From IMG/VR virus record IMGVR_UViG_3300023213_000432, positions 192,001 to 256,000 of that record: a DNA stretch of 64,000 bases. The stretch is one strand, 5' to 3'. A model generated the notes under the pieces. That model saw only the letters and a program-made list of their open reading frames with translations, was not told the origin of the DNA and searched no databases. This stretch comes from a virus (Duplodnaviria > Caudoviricetes). Positions 19,516-29,070 of the stretch are shown in pieces (the stretch's first letter is position 1; the number at the start of each line of letters is the position of its first letter). Made by a program: the position numbers and the translations under genes.

Positions 19516-20486
19516 TTTATATCAATGGTTGGCAAATATTCGTCCATATAAGTGGTAAGCTTATCTGTCGTTAAAAGAAAATCAGCAGACGAATATTCTT
19601 TGCTCAAATTATTTTTGGGCAAACTATTTTTGACGACAACAAAATAATTATCTCGAACATCCGTTCTGAGCGCCTCTTCAGTGGTTAACATAATTTCGTC
19701 CAATTTTTCCACTCCTCGTAAGCCAATTATTTTGTAAGGTTTGTTAAATTTCTTGCTAAAGTATTCTATTAAATCAAGGATTTTCATTGAAGAAAGTTTT
19801 GGCACCCACATCTCTCCGTTTTGTCCCCGCTTTATAGTATCATTGATTAAATTAACTGCTTCAGAAAGCGTCATCATAAATCTTGTCATTGCTGGATGTG
19901 TTAAAGTAAAACAATTGATTTTGGAATCTTTGGACTGTTTTATTAATAATGGTATTATGCTGCCCTTGGAGCACAAAACATTGCCATATCTAACTACGAT
20001 TACTTTGGAAGTGGAGCCATCAAAATGATTAGATAAGTTGAACATAATTTTTTCGGAAATGGACTTGCACATTCCATAAATACTGATCGGCCCAGCCGCT
20101 TTATCTGTAGATATAAAACATGTTATTTGGGGCGCCCATGCTTTTATTAGACTCAATGATTGGATTGCATTGGCAATATTTAATATACCTAGAATATTGG
20201 TTTTGACGCTTTCTTCTGGAAATTTTTCACAAATGTCTATTTGTTTAAGTGCTTGCGCGATGATTACGATATCTGGTTTTTCTTGTAACAAAATTTCTTT
20301 AACTCTTTTGTCATCTCTAACATCACAAATGGTAGTGGAAAGATTGTTGTGTTTGAAGCGATTACTTATTTCCCAGTGTTTGGCTTCGTCGCGAGAAGCT
20401 ACAACAATTTCATATCGATCGATGTAAAACTTTACCAGCTCATTGCCTAAGGAACCTGCTCCACCGAATATTAACATTTTGGTCAT
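19512..20486 (-). CDS. UDP-GlcNAc 4,6-dehydratase/epimerase (PseB/FnlA/CapD family)
   Basis: GGAGSLG, ALKQI, STDKA, YGMCK, RYGNV..SKGS, MTRF. Confidence 0.88.
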   Translation of the reverse strand: MTKMLIFGGAGSLGNELVKFYIDRYEIVVASRDEAKHWEISNRFKHNNLSTTICDVRDDKRVKEILLQEKPDIVIIAQALKQIDICEKFPEESVKTNILGILNIANAIQSLSLIKAWAPQITCFISTDKAAGPISIYGMCKSISEKIMFNLSNHFDGSTSKVIVVRYGNVLCSKGSIIPLLIKQSKDSKINCFTLTHPAMTRFMMTLSEAVNLINDTIKRGQNGEMWVPKLSSMKILDLIEYFSKKFNKPYKIIGLRGVEKLDEIMLTTEEALRTDVRDNYFVVVKNSLPKNNLSKEYSSADFLLTTDKLTTYMDEYLPTIDIN

Positions 20487-21328
20487 TAGTCCCATCCGAA
20501 ATATTCGTTATTTTGCATTTGAAAATTATGCTCTTTGGCTATTATTATTCCGTCTATGGTTCCATAAACAAATTTTTTGACAAATTCTGATTTTAATCTG
20601 TGATGGTCTTCGGAGCGCCAATCCCAATTACTACTAGCGCGATAATGTAAAAACTCATTACCAAAAAATTCAATATGATATTCATCATTATATTCATTAA
20701 GAAGACTATCAGGGATACAATGTCTGTTACCGTTTTGTTCTTTGATGTGCCAGCTGCTTTTTAAATTTTTGACTTTTTCTTTCATACTTGGGTGTGATTG
20801 AAAATATAAATATGTTCCGCCTCCGGTATCTAATGCCACTTCTACTCCAGTATCGTAAAGTTTTGGCCCCTCCCAATCAATAGTTTCAGCATCGGGTATA
20901 TTTTCTGTATCCATTATAACTACAGCCGGGCCCAAATAATGATAATGTGGGCGACGTTTATAATACGCTCCTGCGAACGCATAATCCTTCATAAAATCGT
21001 TGATATTGAGTTTCTTAATTAAGAAAATATCACCATCCATCATAATGGTAAAAGTTCCATTGTTTTTAATGGAGTGATTTTTCCAAACATAGTTGAATGC
21101 GTCGGCATGTTGTTTGCCAACCGGGCCTTCACTGTAAAACGTTTCTATTATTTCCAATTTTAGTTCAGAAGCTGCGTTGTTTATTTCTTGACGATGATTA
21201 GGATCTCGTGCGTTATTGACCACAATTAATTCAAATTGATCGGAAAGATGACATTTGAAACTATCAAGCTGCCATTTGATTATGTCTGCTCTATTGCAGT
21301 GGATAGTGTATATTTTGACTGGCTTCAT
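20486..21328 (-). CDS. Orphan glycosyltransferase-like protein
   Basis: MDGDIF; N-terminus parallels 16598..17344 (IYTI...I.WQ...F). Confidence 0.55.
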   Translation of the reverse strand: MKPVKIYTIHCNRADIIKWQLDSFKCHLSDQFELIVVNNARDPNHRQEINNAASELKLEIIETFYSEGPVGKQHADAFNYVWKNHSIKNNGTFTIMMDGDIFLIKKLNINDFMKDYAFAGAYYKRRPHYHYLGPAVVIMDTENIPDAETIDWEGPKLYDTGVEVALDTGGGTYLYFQSHPSMKEKVKNLKSSWHIKEQNGNRHCIPDSLLNEYNDEYHIEFFGNEFLHYRASSNWDWRSEDHHRLKSEFVKKFVYGTIDGIIIAKEHNFQMQNNEYFGWD

Positions 21329-22103
21329 TCATAAACTCTTTCAGCTCATATAGTTGTATTCTGAGTGGCAAACTTTGAATATCTGGCATTAACGTCCTAT
21401 TAACAGAGTTTGTATCAGTATGACTAATTATTGATTTCTGACATTCAAAAATTTCGTTGATAAGTTGAAGCAAACTAAATTTACTAATGGATTCTGATGC
21501 TATTTGTTTAATTCCTATTTGATATGTGGAAGCATGAATGATGTTATCAATAATTTTAGCCAATTCCAAAGTGGTTATTCCTGACCACCAGTGATTAACA
21601 AATCCCTTGACAGGGTTTTGCGAAGTATGTCTGAACCATTCAAATAATCCGAAGTTATCTTTGGATGGCCCGATTATGCTGGTTCGTAAGATCATAGCAT
21701 TTAAATCATCTTCTCCTTTAGCTTTGGATTTGCCATAACTGTCTTCGGCATCTTTTACATCATTGATGCAATACGATTTGCCCGCAGCTAGATTGCCGGA
21801 AAAAACGCAATCGCTTGAAATGTGAAACAATTTTTTGCATTTCGGTACGAGTTTATGTGGAAAATCATCGTTAAGCCTAAAAAATAAATTATCATCCGAT
21901 GATTTTTGTTTGATTAGTCCAATACAGTTAATGACATAATCATATTTTAACAATAGGGGAGGCTCAACTAAAGCATTGAATTCTTTTCTTGTCCATGCTG
22001 TAATAGCGTAACCAATTTTTGTTAGGTATTGAGAAATCGTGGAGCCTGCCATTCCGCTAGCCCCTAATACCAAGATCTTGCACGAATTACGTGTTATTGA
22101 CAC
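21291..22103 (-). CDS. RmlD-like NDP-4-keto-sugar reductase
   Basis: GASGMAG, NCIG, HISSDCVFSG, YGKSK, RTSIIG. Confidence 0.85.
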   Translation of the reverse strand: MSITRNSCKILVLGASGMAGSTISQYLTKIGYAITAWTRKEFNALVEPPLLLKYDYVINCIGLIKQKSSDDNLFFRLNDDFPHKLVPKCKKLFHISSDCVFSGNLAAGKSYCINDVKDAEDSYGKSKAKGEDDLNAMILRTSIIGPSKDNFGLFEWFRHTSQNPVKGFVNHWWSGITTLELAKIIDNIIHASTYQIGIKQIASESISKFSLLQLINEIFECQKSIISHTDTNSVNRTLMPDIQSLPLRIQLYELKEFMNEASQNIHYPLQ

Positions 22104-23011
22104 GTTTTTTCCAGAAAATCCAAAATCGCACCTATTCTATTGATGTAGGTATGTTTATTTTTAACAACATCCATCAAGGCGTGCAATTCCGTTAGAGGCA
22201 TACTTTCCATATATGTTCGAGCATTATAGAATAAGAGACGAGTATCGTTATTGTGAATTACTTTTTGTTGGAATAGTTCATGAATTCGTGGAGAATTGGT
22301 GATTCCCATTTGTCCATAACTAATATTTTTAAAAATCCTACAAGGAACATATCCTTTTTCATGTTGCCATTTACCCACAATAGTTGGTGCCATGTAAGAA
22401 TTTTGAATGAATTTGATATGTTCTTCTGGAACAACATTCATTCCATGCTCAAATCGAATACCGTTGGCTTGACATGCTTGTTGAAATGGAGTGATCTGAT
22501 CCAGATTACCAAAAGATCCTTCGCCCACAGTTCCGACCCAACGAATTAATTTGCTTTCGCTATTAAATACTCTGTTGGATTTATTGGCTTCTATCTCATG
22601 AGGCAGCAAATCAGTCGCCCATGGGAAATAAATGCATTTGCCATCGTAATCCGCTAAAACACAGTCATCCATTTTGGTGGTATTGTATTTCAAAGCATCG
22701 TCTGTATATGTTTGCATTCTAACCGCTTTATTGTCAGCAATTAGCGGCAAATATTTAGGATCATAGCAGTTATGAATAACATATAAACAATTATGACTAA
22801 TAGGAATTTTCTTATCTACTTGACCCTCGGTTAAATATAGGGTATTCGTGTGAAAGCTATCATTTACATTATCGTTATCGTCAAACCAATAGGCTTGGGC
22901 TCCTAGATGCTTGAAAGCTTTGACATAGGCTTGATGAATATAATAGAAAGTATTTTCTGTGGTCTTATGACCCCATAAAACAACTTTCCAATCTGTATAA
23001 TTAAACTGCAT
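22094..23011 (-). CDS. Glycosyltransferase-like hypothetical protein
   Basis: C-terminal PCRIFKNISYG...ITNS and HTYINRI resemble CgeB/GT-B type C-domains; island context. Confidence 0.5.
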   Translation of the reverse strand: MQFNYTDWKVVLWGHKTTENTFYYIHQAYVKAFKHLGAQAYWFDDNDNVNDSFHTNTLYLTEGQVDKKIPISHNCLYVIHNCYDPKYLPLIADNKAVRMQTYTDDALKYNTTKMDDCVLADYDGKCIYFPWATDLLPHEIEANKSNRVFNSESKLIRWVGTVGEGSFGNLDQITPFQQACQANGIRFEHGMNVVPEEHIKFIQNSYMAPTIVGKWQHEKGYVPCRIFKNISYGQMGITNSPRIHELFQQKVIHNNDTRLLFYNARTYMESMPLTELHALMDVVKNKHTYINRIGAILDFLEKTCQ

Positions 23012-23606
23012 TTTGATCCTGTTGATTGATATATATGCCTATCATAGATTTCCCATCCAAATAATACATGCGGCATCTTTCTTCATTCATTATGTATTTT
23101 TGGGTTATGTTAAATAATGTGTATGGGGAAAACCAGTACTTGTGATCCGGATGCACGATTTCAAAAGCATATTCGTCTTCTTGAGTCATTTCTTTTTGAT
23201 AGTGTAAAATATTGGGAACACTAATAAAAACTTCTTTGGATTTAATAACAAAAATCTGATCTAAAAATTCTTTAGCATTTATCACATGTTCCAAAACTTC
23301 TGGTACAATCACTATATCATATTCTTGATCGCAAGTTTCAAAATTTGAAAAATATGTTCCGGGATACGCTTCTTGTAATTTTTGTAAATCTTCCTTATTG
23401 ACATCCATTCCGTGCAACTCAGAAGCTGTTTCAATCAACTTGATATGTAAATTATGTCCTGGACCATATACCATCGCATCAGCACATCCAATATGTAGAA
23501 CCTTTTTATCTTTGCATAGGTTTTTAAAGAAATCAAATCTGGTTTCCGTCACGTTAATCATGTGAATTTTTTGCAAATAAAAGTCTTCTGTTTTTTCATA
23601 AATCAT
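23001..23606 (-). CDS. SAM-dependent methyltransferase-like protein
   Basis: VLHIGC, GMDVN, EVLEHV, SVPN. Confidence 0.78.
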   Translation of the reverse strand: MIYEKTEDFYLQKIHMINVTETRFDFFKNLCKDKKVLHIGCADAMVYGPGHNLHIKLIETASELHGMDVNKEDLQKLQEAYPGTYFSNFETCDQEYDIVIVPEVLEHVINAKEFLDQIFVIKSKEVFISVPNILHYQKEMTQEDEYAFEIVHPDHKYWFSPYTLFNITQKYIMNEERCRMYYLDGKSMIGIYINQQDQNAV

Positions 23607-24328
23607 ATTTGCTTCCAAGATGATGGTAAAAGATCTCTAGTGTTGTGAGATAATGCTGGGCCAAACCAACGAGCAGGGGCGACCACAATTTTAGTAGGAA
23701 GTTTATTAAGATAAGCGCTCCACCACCCAAACGTACTATTGCAAACAATCTGGTTTTCACAACTGGCCATTAATGCCAGATCTTCGATCGGACTTCTTCC
23801 TTCTGAGAATATAACGTTATTGCCTGTAAAATTAGCTTTGCACCACGGAATATCATCCGAGAAAATAATGTATTGGTTTGTTTTAGCAATTTCCATGGCT
23901 TTTTGGTAATAGTCCATTCCTAGCTGTATATACTCTCTTGTTAGAGTTAAGTAATCTCCGCGCCTTATGTGTATCGCAGTATAGCCGTATTTGATTCCAA
24001 ATCCAATTTTTGGAGTAAGTAGATGTTGGATGGTGTCCTGACAATCTTCGAAATATTTGATGGATTGATAAAATCCTACTAAATCTACAGTAGCGTTTAT
24101 AGTGTCTCGGTGTGGAATGGGCGCATAATGAAAATGAGGTTCATTGTAAGTGATGGTTGGCTGGATAGAATTGGAAAAGCATCCGTGCAAATTGAAGTGA
24201 GGAGCATAGTCCCATGGTGGAAATAGGTATTTATCGTTATTGCGAATAGCAAGAGCAATGGTAGCGGCACACTGAAAGAGCTGATTTCCAAGTCTGCCTT
24301 GCTTTCCGAGATTAGTAAAAGTGATCAT
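23603..24328 (-). CDS. Alpha-1,2-fucosyltransferase (GT11)
   Basis: GRLGNQLFQ, GFYQS.KYF, HIRRGDY, FSDD..WC, NSTFGWW.AYL. Confidence 0.92.
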   Translation of the reverse strand: MITFTNLGKQGRLGNQLFQCAATIALAIRNNDKYLFPPWDYAPHFNLHGCFSNSIQPTITYNEPHFHYAPIPHRDTINATVDLVGFYQSIKYFEDCQDTIQHLLTPKIGFGIKYGYTAIHIRRGDYLTLTREYIQLGMDYYQKAMEIAKTNQYIIFSDDIPWCKANFTGNNVIFSEGRSPIEDLALMASCENQIVCNSTFGWWSAYLNKLPTKIVVAPARWFGPALSHNTRDLLPSSWKQI

Positions 24329-24331
24329 GAT

Positions 24332-24433
24332 TTAGTCTTTACGCTGAAACTGATCGGCATTTTTAATTTCTTTGCACCCACAACATTTTTTGGTTATTAG
24401 GTTTTGTTTTTCAAGATTGGTGGGCGTGATCAT
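24332..24433 (-). pseudogene. 33-codon remnant: duplicated GT11 5' end fused to an HNH-family N-terminus
   Basis: MITPTNLEKQ (cf. GT11 MITFTNLGKQ) followed by TKKCCGCKEIKNADQF (cf. TKQCNECGLIKTKEEF). Confidence 0.6.
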
Positions 24434-25113
24434 GTTGGTTTTTTCTTTTTGTGTCTAATTTTGGTAGATCCGTCTAATATATTTTGTTTTGCAGATAATG
24501 GTCTAAGATTTTCCAACGACCAGCATTCCCTGAATTCTTCGTCTTCCATCGAAGTATAGCGAAATGTTGAGTGGGGAATAATGTGATCTAATTGCCACTT
24601 CCAAGTGGAGGGATCATTATTATTCCAAGTTTTAGAATCATAACTTCCGTGATTATCTTTATTCATCCATGGTTCAAATTGATTTTTTATATGGTTCCAA
24701 AATTCTTCCATAGAATATGGCAAATAATTTAATGTAGATCTGCCGCCCTTACTTGATCCTTCGTGTTTTAAATGATATGCTATCATTTTAGATATAAGTT
24801 TTTTAAGTTTAAATTGAATGTCTTCTTGTATTCTTTCTTTTTCTCTTTCATTATTTCTTTTTAGAATTTTCTTTTTATTGATTGGATCTGTACGATATTC
24901 TTTTTGATATTTTATTTTTTCTTCTCTATGGGTTTGATAATACTGCTTATCATATTTTATTTTATCTTCTTTATGTAGTTGCGCATATTTTCGAAAACAC
25001 TCGCTGCATTTTCCACTTTTTCTTCCATCCTTTCTTTCAAATTGAGACGGAAAAAATTCTTCTTTTGTTTTTATTAGACCGCATTCGTTACATTGTTTGG
25101 TTTTGATATTCAT
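24430..25113 (-). CDS. HNH-like putative homing endonuclease, copy 1
   Basis: CxxC N-terminus, K/E/Y-rich helical repeats, WQLDHIIP...CWSLENLRP.SAKQN. Confidence 0.72.
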   Translation of the reverse strand: MNIKTKQCNECGLIKTKEEFFPSQFERKDGRKSGKCSECFRKYAQLHKEDKIKYDKQYYQTHREEKIKYQKEYRTDPINKKKILKRNNEREKERIQEDIQFKLKKLISKMIAYHLKHEGSSKGGRSTLNYLPYSMEEFWNHIKNQFEPWMNKDNHGSYDSKTWNNNDPSTWKWQLDHIIPHSTFRYTSMEDEEFRECWSLENLRPLSAKQNILDGSTKIRHKKKKPT

Positions 25114-27431
25114 GATCTTATTTTAATGTGATCTTTGTCAAGAAGTAATATCTTCGGTTGCCAATTATGTCCTCCCCACTTTGTTTTATATCTCTCAATA
25201 TCTGTTTGGGGATAATGATATGAGGGTGAAAGATTAAGGGTTGGAGGATGATCTGCAAAATATTTGTTGAGTATACTTTCATCATGGTAAATTGGAATTA
25301 TTCCATTTTTTTGATCTTCTTCCAATGCTTCGGAGCACCATTTGGCTAATTCTAAATATTGCTCTCGTTTCCCGCCACTAAATCCGCCACCATAATAAAA
25401 TTTTCTTTTAGCAGGTTCAATGTAAGATGTTGATTTGGTATTGTTTTCAAATGGGCCACTTCCATCTAAATGCCCACAATGCCTTACTCCCACTAATTGT
25501 TCTATGATCGCATTATTCACAGTATCAACAAACAAACAATCTACATCAACATAAAAAAGATATTCTTCTTGCACAAACTTATCAGCATGTTGTGTAAAAT
25601 GTTTAAATCTATCCATGCTTGCATACGGGAAAGGTCGATGTTCAATTGGTATCTTGATAACTGGACGCCTAGAAACAATTTCAGCATTACTATCCGTGAA
25701 AATATAATAAGACACGTCATAATCATTTAGGAAATAATTATCAGCGGAAGAAATCATTCCCTGAATAAATCGATCATACTTGCCCGTAGCAATCATTATT
25801 AAGCCAACAGTAGTTCTGAAGGGGTTCGTATCTACTCGTTGATACTTGGGCAACCCTCGAATATAGCGATCCAAAAATTGCTGCATTTCCATATTAACTT
25901 TATGATCATTAATTGGATTTTCCAAATTATAGACATAAAGAATATCATGCAAATATTTGGCTCGATGTCCCGACATTTCCATCATGGGAAACATCATGGC
26001 CAAGTCCCATGTCATTGGATAGAAGTGTCCATCCTTCATCAAATCTTCTTTTTTAATCTCCTTGAATAACCAAGCATAGAAAGTTCTCAAATGGCTAGCG
26101 CCCCAAGTAAAATTGCGAAAAGAGTTAGAATCAATCACGTGACCCGGATAGGGAGCAGCTACTCCTACTCCGCCCATTGGATGATTAGTATATTGTCCAT
26201 AAGTCATCCAGATGTCTTCTCTGGAATAAATATCATTGAGTCGATTAAGAACATTATCATTGGGAAGCCAATCATCTCCATCCAACGTTAGCACGATTTC
26301 GTCATCCCCGCAACTATGGATCATATTGTAAAGATTGCCTAATGCACCAATTCTAGTTTCATTTTTATGCACGGTAGCAATATTAGCTCGTCCCGAAGCA
26401 TGCACTGCCTCTTTGACCAAGCCAAAAGTGTTGTCCTTAGAACAGTCATCGGTAAATAGCACCCGAAAATTATCGTAATTTTGATTAAGAGCAGAATTAA
26501 TATTCCTCATGCACCATTGAGCATTATTGTAGCTTGGAATGACAATAGCAAACCTTTTGCCATGCTTAAAGTTACGAGTCCTAATACGGATAGGTGGATT
26601 AGAAATAGGAGCGCCGCCGGGCGCAGCTGTTGGCACATGTCCAGACAAAGATGGCGGAGTAAAGAAAACTGGTGGGGATTGACTGGCGGTGGTTTGATAT
26701 CGATAATTGGCTGTTTGGAAAAAATTGAGGGATGGAGGAATAAGAGATGGCGGAGGCTCTGGGGGGGATGGAGGAATCGGACGAGCAAACTGAATGGGAC
26801 TGGTATTTTTGACCGCAATCCATAATCTTCGATTGTTTGAATTGCTTTTTCCATCGTTTCTATCTACCCAATCATAGGTATAATCACCGGAATTGAATCT
26901 ATTGTTGTCCAATCGTTTCCAATTCATTCCACATTCTGCCATAACTCGTTCAATAGCGGCGGTGGAAGGACGACAACTTACCCCGTTAATAGAGAGATCG
27001 TAGATGGCTTTGTTTTCTTGAAGCAATTCATGTTTGAAGGGATCCGCGGAGTCGCAAACGGTGGTTTCTAGGACTAGGTGAGTAGTGGCTGCACAAACTG
27101 CCCGCAAATGAGCCGTATAATCTCGCAAATGACAAAGCAAATCCAAATCTAAAATAATATCAAAAGCTTTATTGCCGAAGGGCCAGCCTTGATCTAAATC
27201 GGCTTGCAGGGTTTTGATGCCGGGATATTTTTTATTGGCTACTTTAAGATGTTCTGGACGGGCATCTATCGCGGTGACATCAGCACCTAATCGATATAAG
27301 GCAGCACTAATATCAGCGTGCCCACATCCTAGATCTAGAAGCCGCTTATAATAGAAAAACTTATAGCCATAGAATTCAATAATACCTTTGATGCGTTTGG
27401 CGTTCCAATCAATATAGCGTCCGTCGAACAC
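25110..27431 (-). CDS. Fusion: SAM methyltransferase + Pro-rich linker + GT2 + GT6 (ABO-type alpha-1,3-GalNAc/Gal transferase)
   Basis: LLDLGCG; IVIPSYN...DDCS...LDGDD; IATGKY, YIFTD, DVD (25539-25547), FYYGGGFSGG, HDESILN. Confidence 0.88.
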   Translation of the reverse strand: MFDGRYIDWNAKRIKGIIEFYGYKFFYYKRLLDLGCGHADISAALYRLGADVTAIDARPEHLKVANKKYPGIKTLQADLDQGWPFGNKAFDIILDLDLLCHLRDYTAHLRAVCAATTHLVLETTVCDSADPFKHELLQENKAIYDLSINGVSCRPSTAAIERVMAECGMNWKRLDNNRFNSGDYTYDWVDRNDGKSNSNNRRLWIAVKNTSPIQFARPIPPSPPEPPPSLIPPSLNFFQTANYRYQTTASQSPPVFFTPPSLSGHVPTAAPGGAPISNPPIRIRTRNFKHGKRFAIVIPSYNNAQWCMRNINSALNQNYDNFRVLFTDDCSKDNTFGLVKEAVHASGRANIATVHKNETRIGALGNLYNMIHSCGDDEIVLTLDGDDWLPNDNVLNRLNDIYSREDIWMTYGQYTNHPMGGVGVAAPYPGHVIDSNSFRNFTWGASHLRTFYAWLFKEIKKEDLMKDGHFYPMTWDLAMMFPMMEMSGHRAKYLHDILYVYNLENPINDHKVNMEMQQFLDRYIRGLPKYQRVDTNPFRTTVGLIMIATGKYDRFIQGMISSADNYFLNDYDVSYYIFTDSNAEIVSRRPVIKIPIEHRPFPYASMDRFKHFTQHADKFVQEEYLFYVDVDCLFVDTVNNAIIEQLVGVRHCGHLDGSGPFENNTKSTSYIEPAKRKFYYGGGFSGGKREQYLELAKWCSEALEEDQKNGIIPIYHDESILNKYFADHPPTLNLSPSYHYPQTDIERYKTKWGGHNWQPKILLLDKDHIKIRS

Positions 27432-27448
27432 TTGAATAATCCTCTTTC

Positions 27449-28216
27449 TTATTTATTGGATTTTATTAGTCGAAGGGTTTGATGACGAATTCTATTAACA
27501 CCATCTAAACAATTTTGTTTAGCAGACAAAGGACGAAGATTGGAAAGAGCCCAACACTTTTTAAAATTGTCATCTTTCATAGACATGTAAGGCAAATCAG
27601 ATTGAGGAATAATATGATCAATTTGCCAAGTCCAAGTATTTGGATCTTTATCGTTCCATATTTTAGCGTTGTATTTGCCATGATTATTCCAGTTCATCCA
27701 AGGCTCAAATTGGTTTTCGAGGTGAGCTTTCAGTTTTTCTTTTGTGTAATTCAAATATTCTAATATGGAGTGTCCTTCTTTGGAACTGGCGTTGGCTTTA
27801 AGCGCATGTCCAATTTGGATGGAAAAATATTGTCTTAATTTATAAGACGGATCTTTTAACCGGTGTCTTTTTTCATTTTTAGCTTTGCGGGCATTTATGG
27901 ATACTTTATTTGCTTGACGATATTGTTTATTAAATGTTTTTGCCTTTTCTTTATTGATTTGATAATATTGCTTATTGTAGATAGTTTTTTGTGATTTTTT
28001 AGTTTGATTATTGTATTTTATTTTTTCCTTATTATTTTGATAGTATTGTTTGGCATATGTTATTTTTTCTTCTTTATTATTTAGATAGTGTTGTTTGGCG
28101 TAATTGTTTTGGCATTCTTTGCATAATGAAGAGTTTTTACTGAATTGATCAATGGGTTTGTTTAATCTGCAGGCTCGTTCGGGAAAATTTTTGCTATTAC
28201 ATTGCTTTGTTTTCAT
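27449..28216 (-). CDS. HNH-like putative homing endonuclease, copy 2
   Basis: MKTKQCNSK start, WQIDHIIP...CWALSNLRP. Confidence 0.72.
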   Translation of the reverse strand: MKTKQCNSKNFPERACRLNKPIDQFSKNSSLCKECQNNYAKQHYLNNKEEKITYAKQYYQNNKEKIKYNNQTKKSQKTIYNKQYYQINKEKAKTFNKQYRQANKVSINARKAKNEKRHRLKDPSYKLRQYFSIQIGHALKANASSKEGHSILEYLNYTKEKLKAHLENQFEPWMNWNNHGKYNAKIWNDKDPNTWTWQIDHIIPQSDLPYMSMKDDNFKKCWALSNLRPLSAKQNCLDGVNRIRHQTLRLIKSNK

Positions 28217-29070
28217 GTATTTTTAATAGAACTTTGGTGACGAATTTTGGTGGCGCCATCGATGTAATTTTGTTTTGCGGAAAATGGACGGAGATTATCT
28301 AGTGCCCAACATTTTAGAAAGTTTTCTTCTTTCATTGACTTAAATGGAAGAACACTCTGTGGAATAATATGATCTATTTGCCAAATCCAAGTTGAAATAT
28401 CATTATCATTCCATGTTTTTGCATTGTATTTGCCATAATTATTCCAATTCATCCATGGTTCAAAAAGATTTTCGATGTGTTCTTTTAATTGTCTTGCGGT
28501 GTAGGGTAAAAATTCTAATGTTGAATGTCCTTCTTTAGAGCCACCATTGGATTTGAGAATGCGCCCAATTCTAATGGATATGTATTGTCTTAATTTGAAT
28601 TCTGGATTCTCGGCGCGCCTTTTATGCTCTCGTTTTGATTTTTGTATGTTGATCGTTTCTTTGTTTTCTTTGCTGTATTTTTTATTATAATCTCGAACTT
28701 CTTCTTTATGATCTTGTTTATATTTTTGGTTATAATTCTTAATTTCTTTTTTATGCTTTAATTTCCATTGACAACTACGATCATTTTCGCAGAATCTACA
28801 ATCGCTTCTATAATACCCTCCATCGAATCTAAATTCAGTTATTGGTTTTGATATTAAACATTTAGGACATTTCTTGATGGTTCCTTCTAACTTTTGAACA
28901 TAAATATCAATGGCTTTTGGCGACTTGGCTCGTTCTTTTTTGGAGAACACGTTTTTTTTATTAGCACAATTTTTGCACAGAGAAGAATGACTGTGAAATT
29001 GATCAATCGGCTTTATTAAATTACATGACCAATCTGGGTGCTTTTTACTGTTGCATTGTTTTGTTTTCAT
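28213..29070 (-). CDS. HNH-like putative homing endonuclease, copy 3 (two zinc-finger units)
   Basis: MKTKQCNSK start, second KKCPKC...CRFC unit, WQIDHIIP...CWALDNLRP. Confidence 0.72.
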   Translation of the reverse strand: MKTKQCNSKKHPDWSCNLIKPIDQFHSHSSLCKNCANKKNVFSKKERAKSPKAIDIYVQKLEGTIKKCPKCLISKPITEFRFDGGYYRSDCRFCENDRSCQWKLKHKKEIKNYNQKYKQDHKEEVRDYNKKYSKENKETINIQKSKREHKRRAENPEFKLRQYISIRIGRILKSNGGSKEGHSTLEFLPYTARQLKEHIENLFEPWMNWNNYGKYNAKTWNDNDISTWIWQIDHIIPQSVLPFKSMKEENFLKCWALDNLRPFSAKQNYIDGATKIRHQSSIKNT

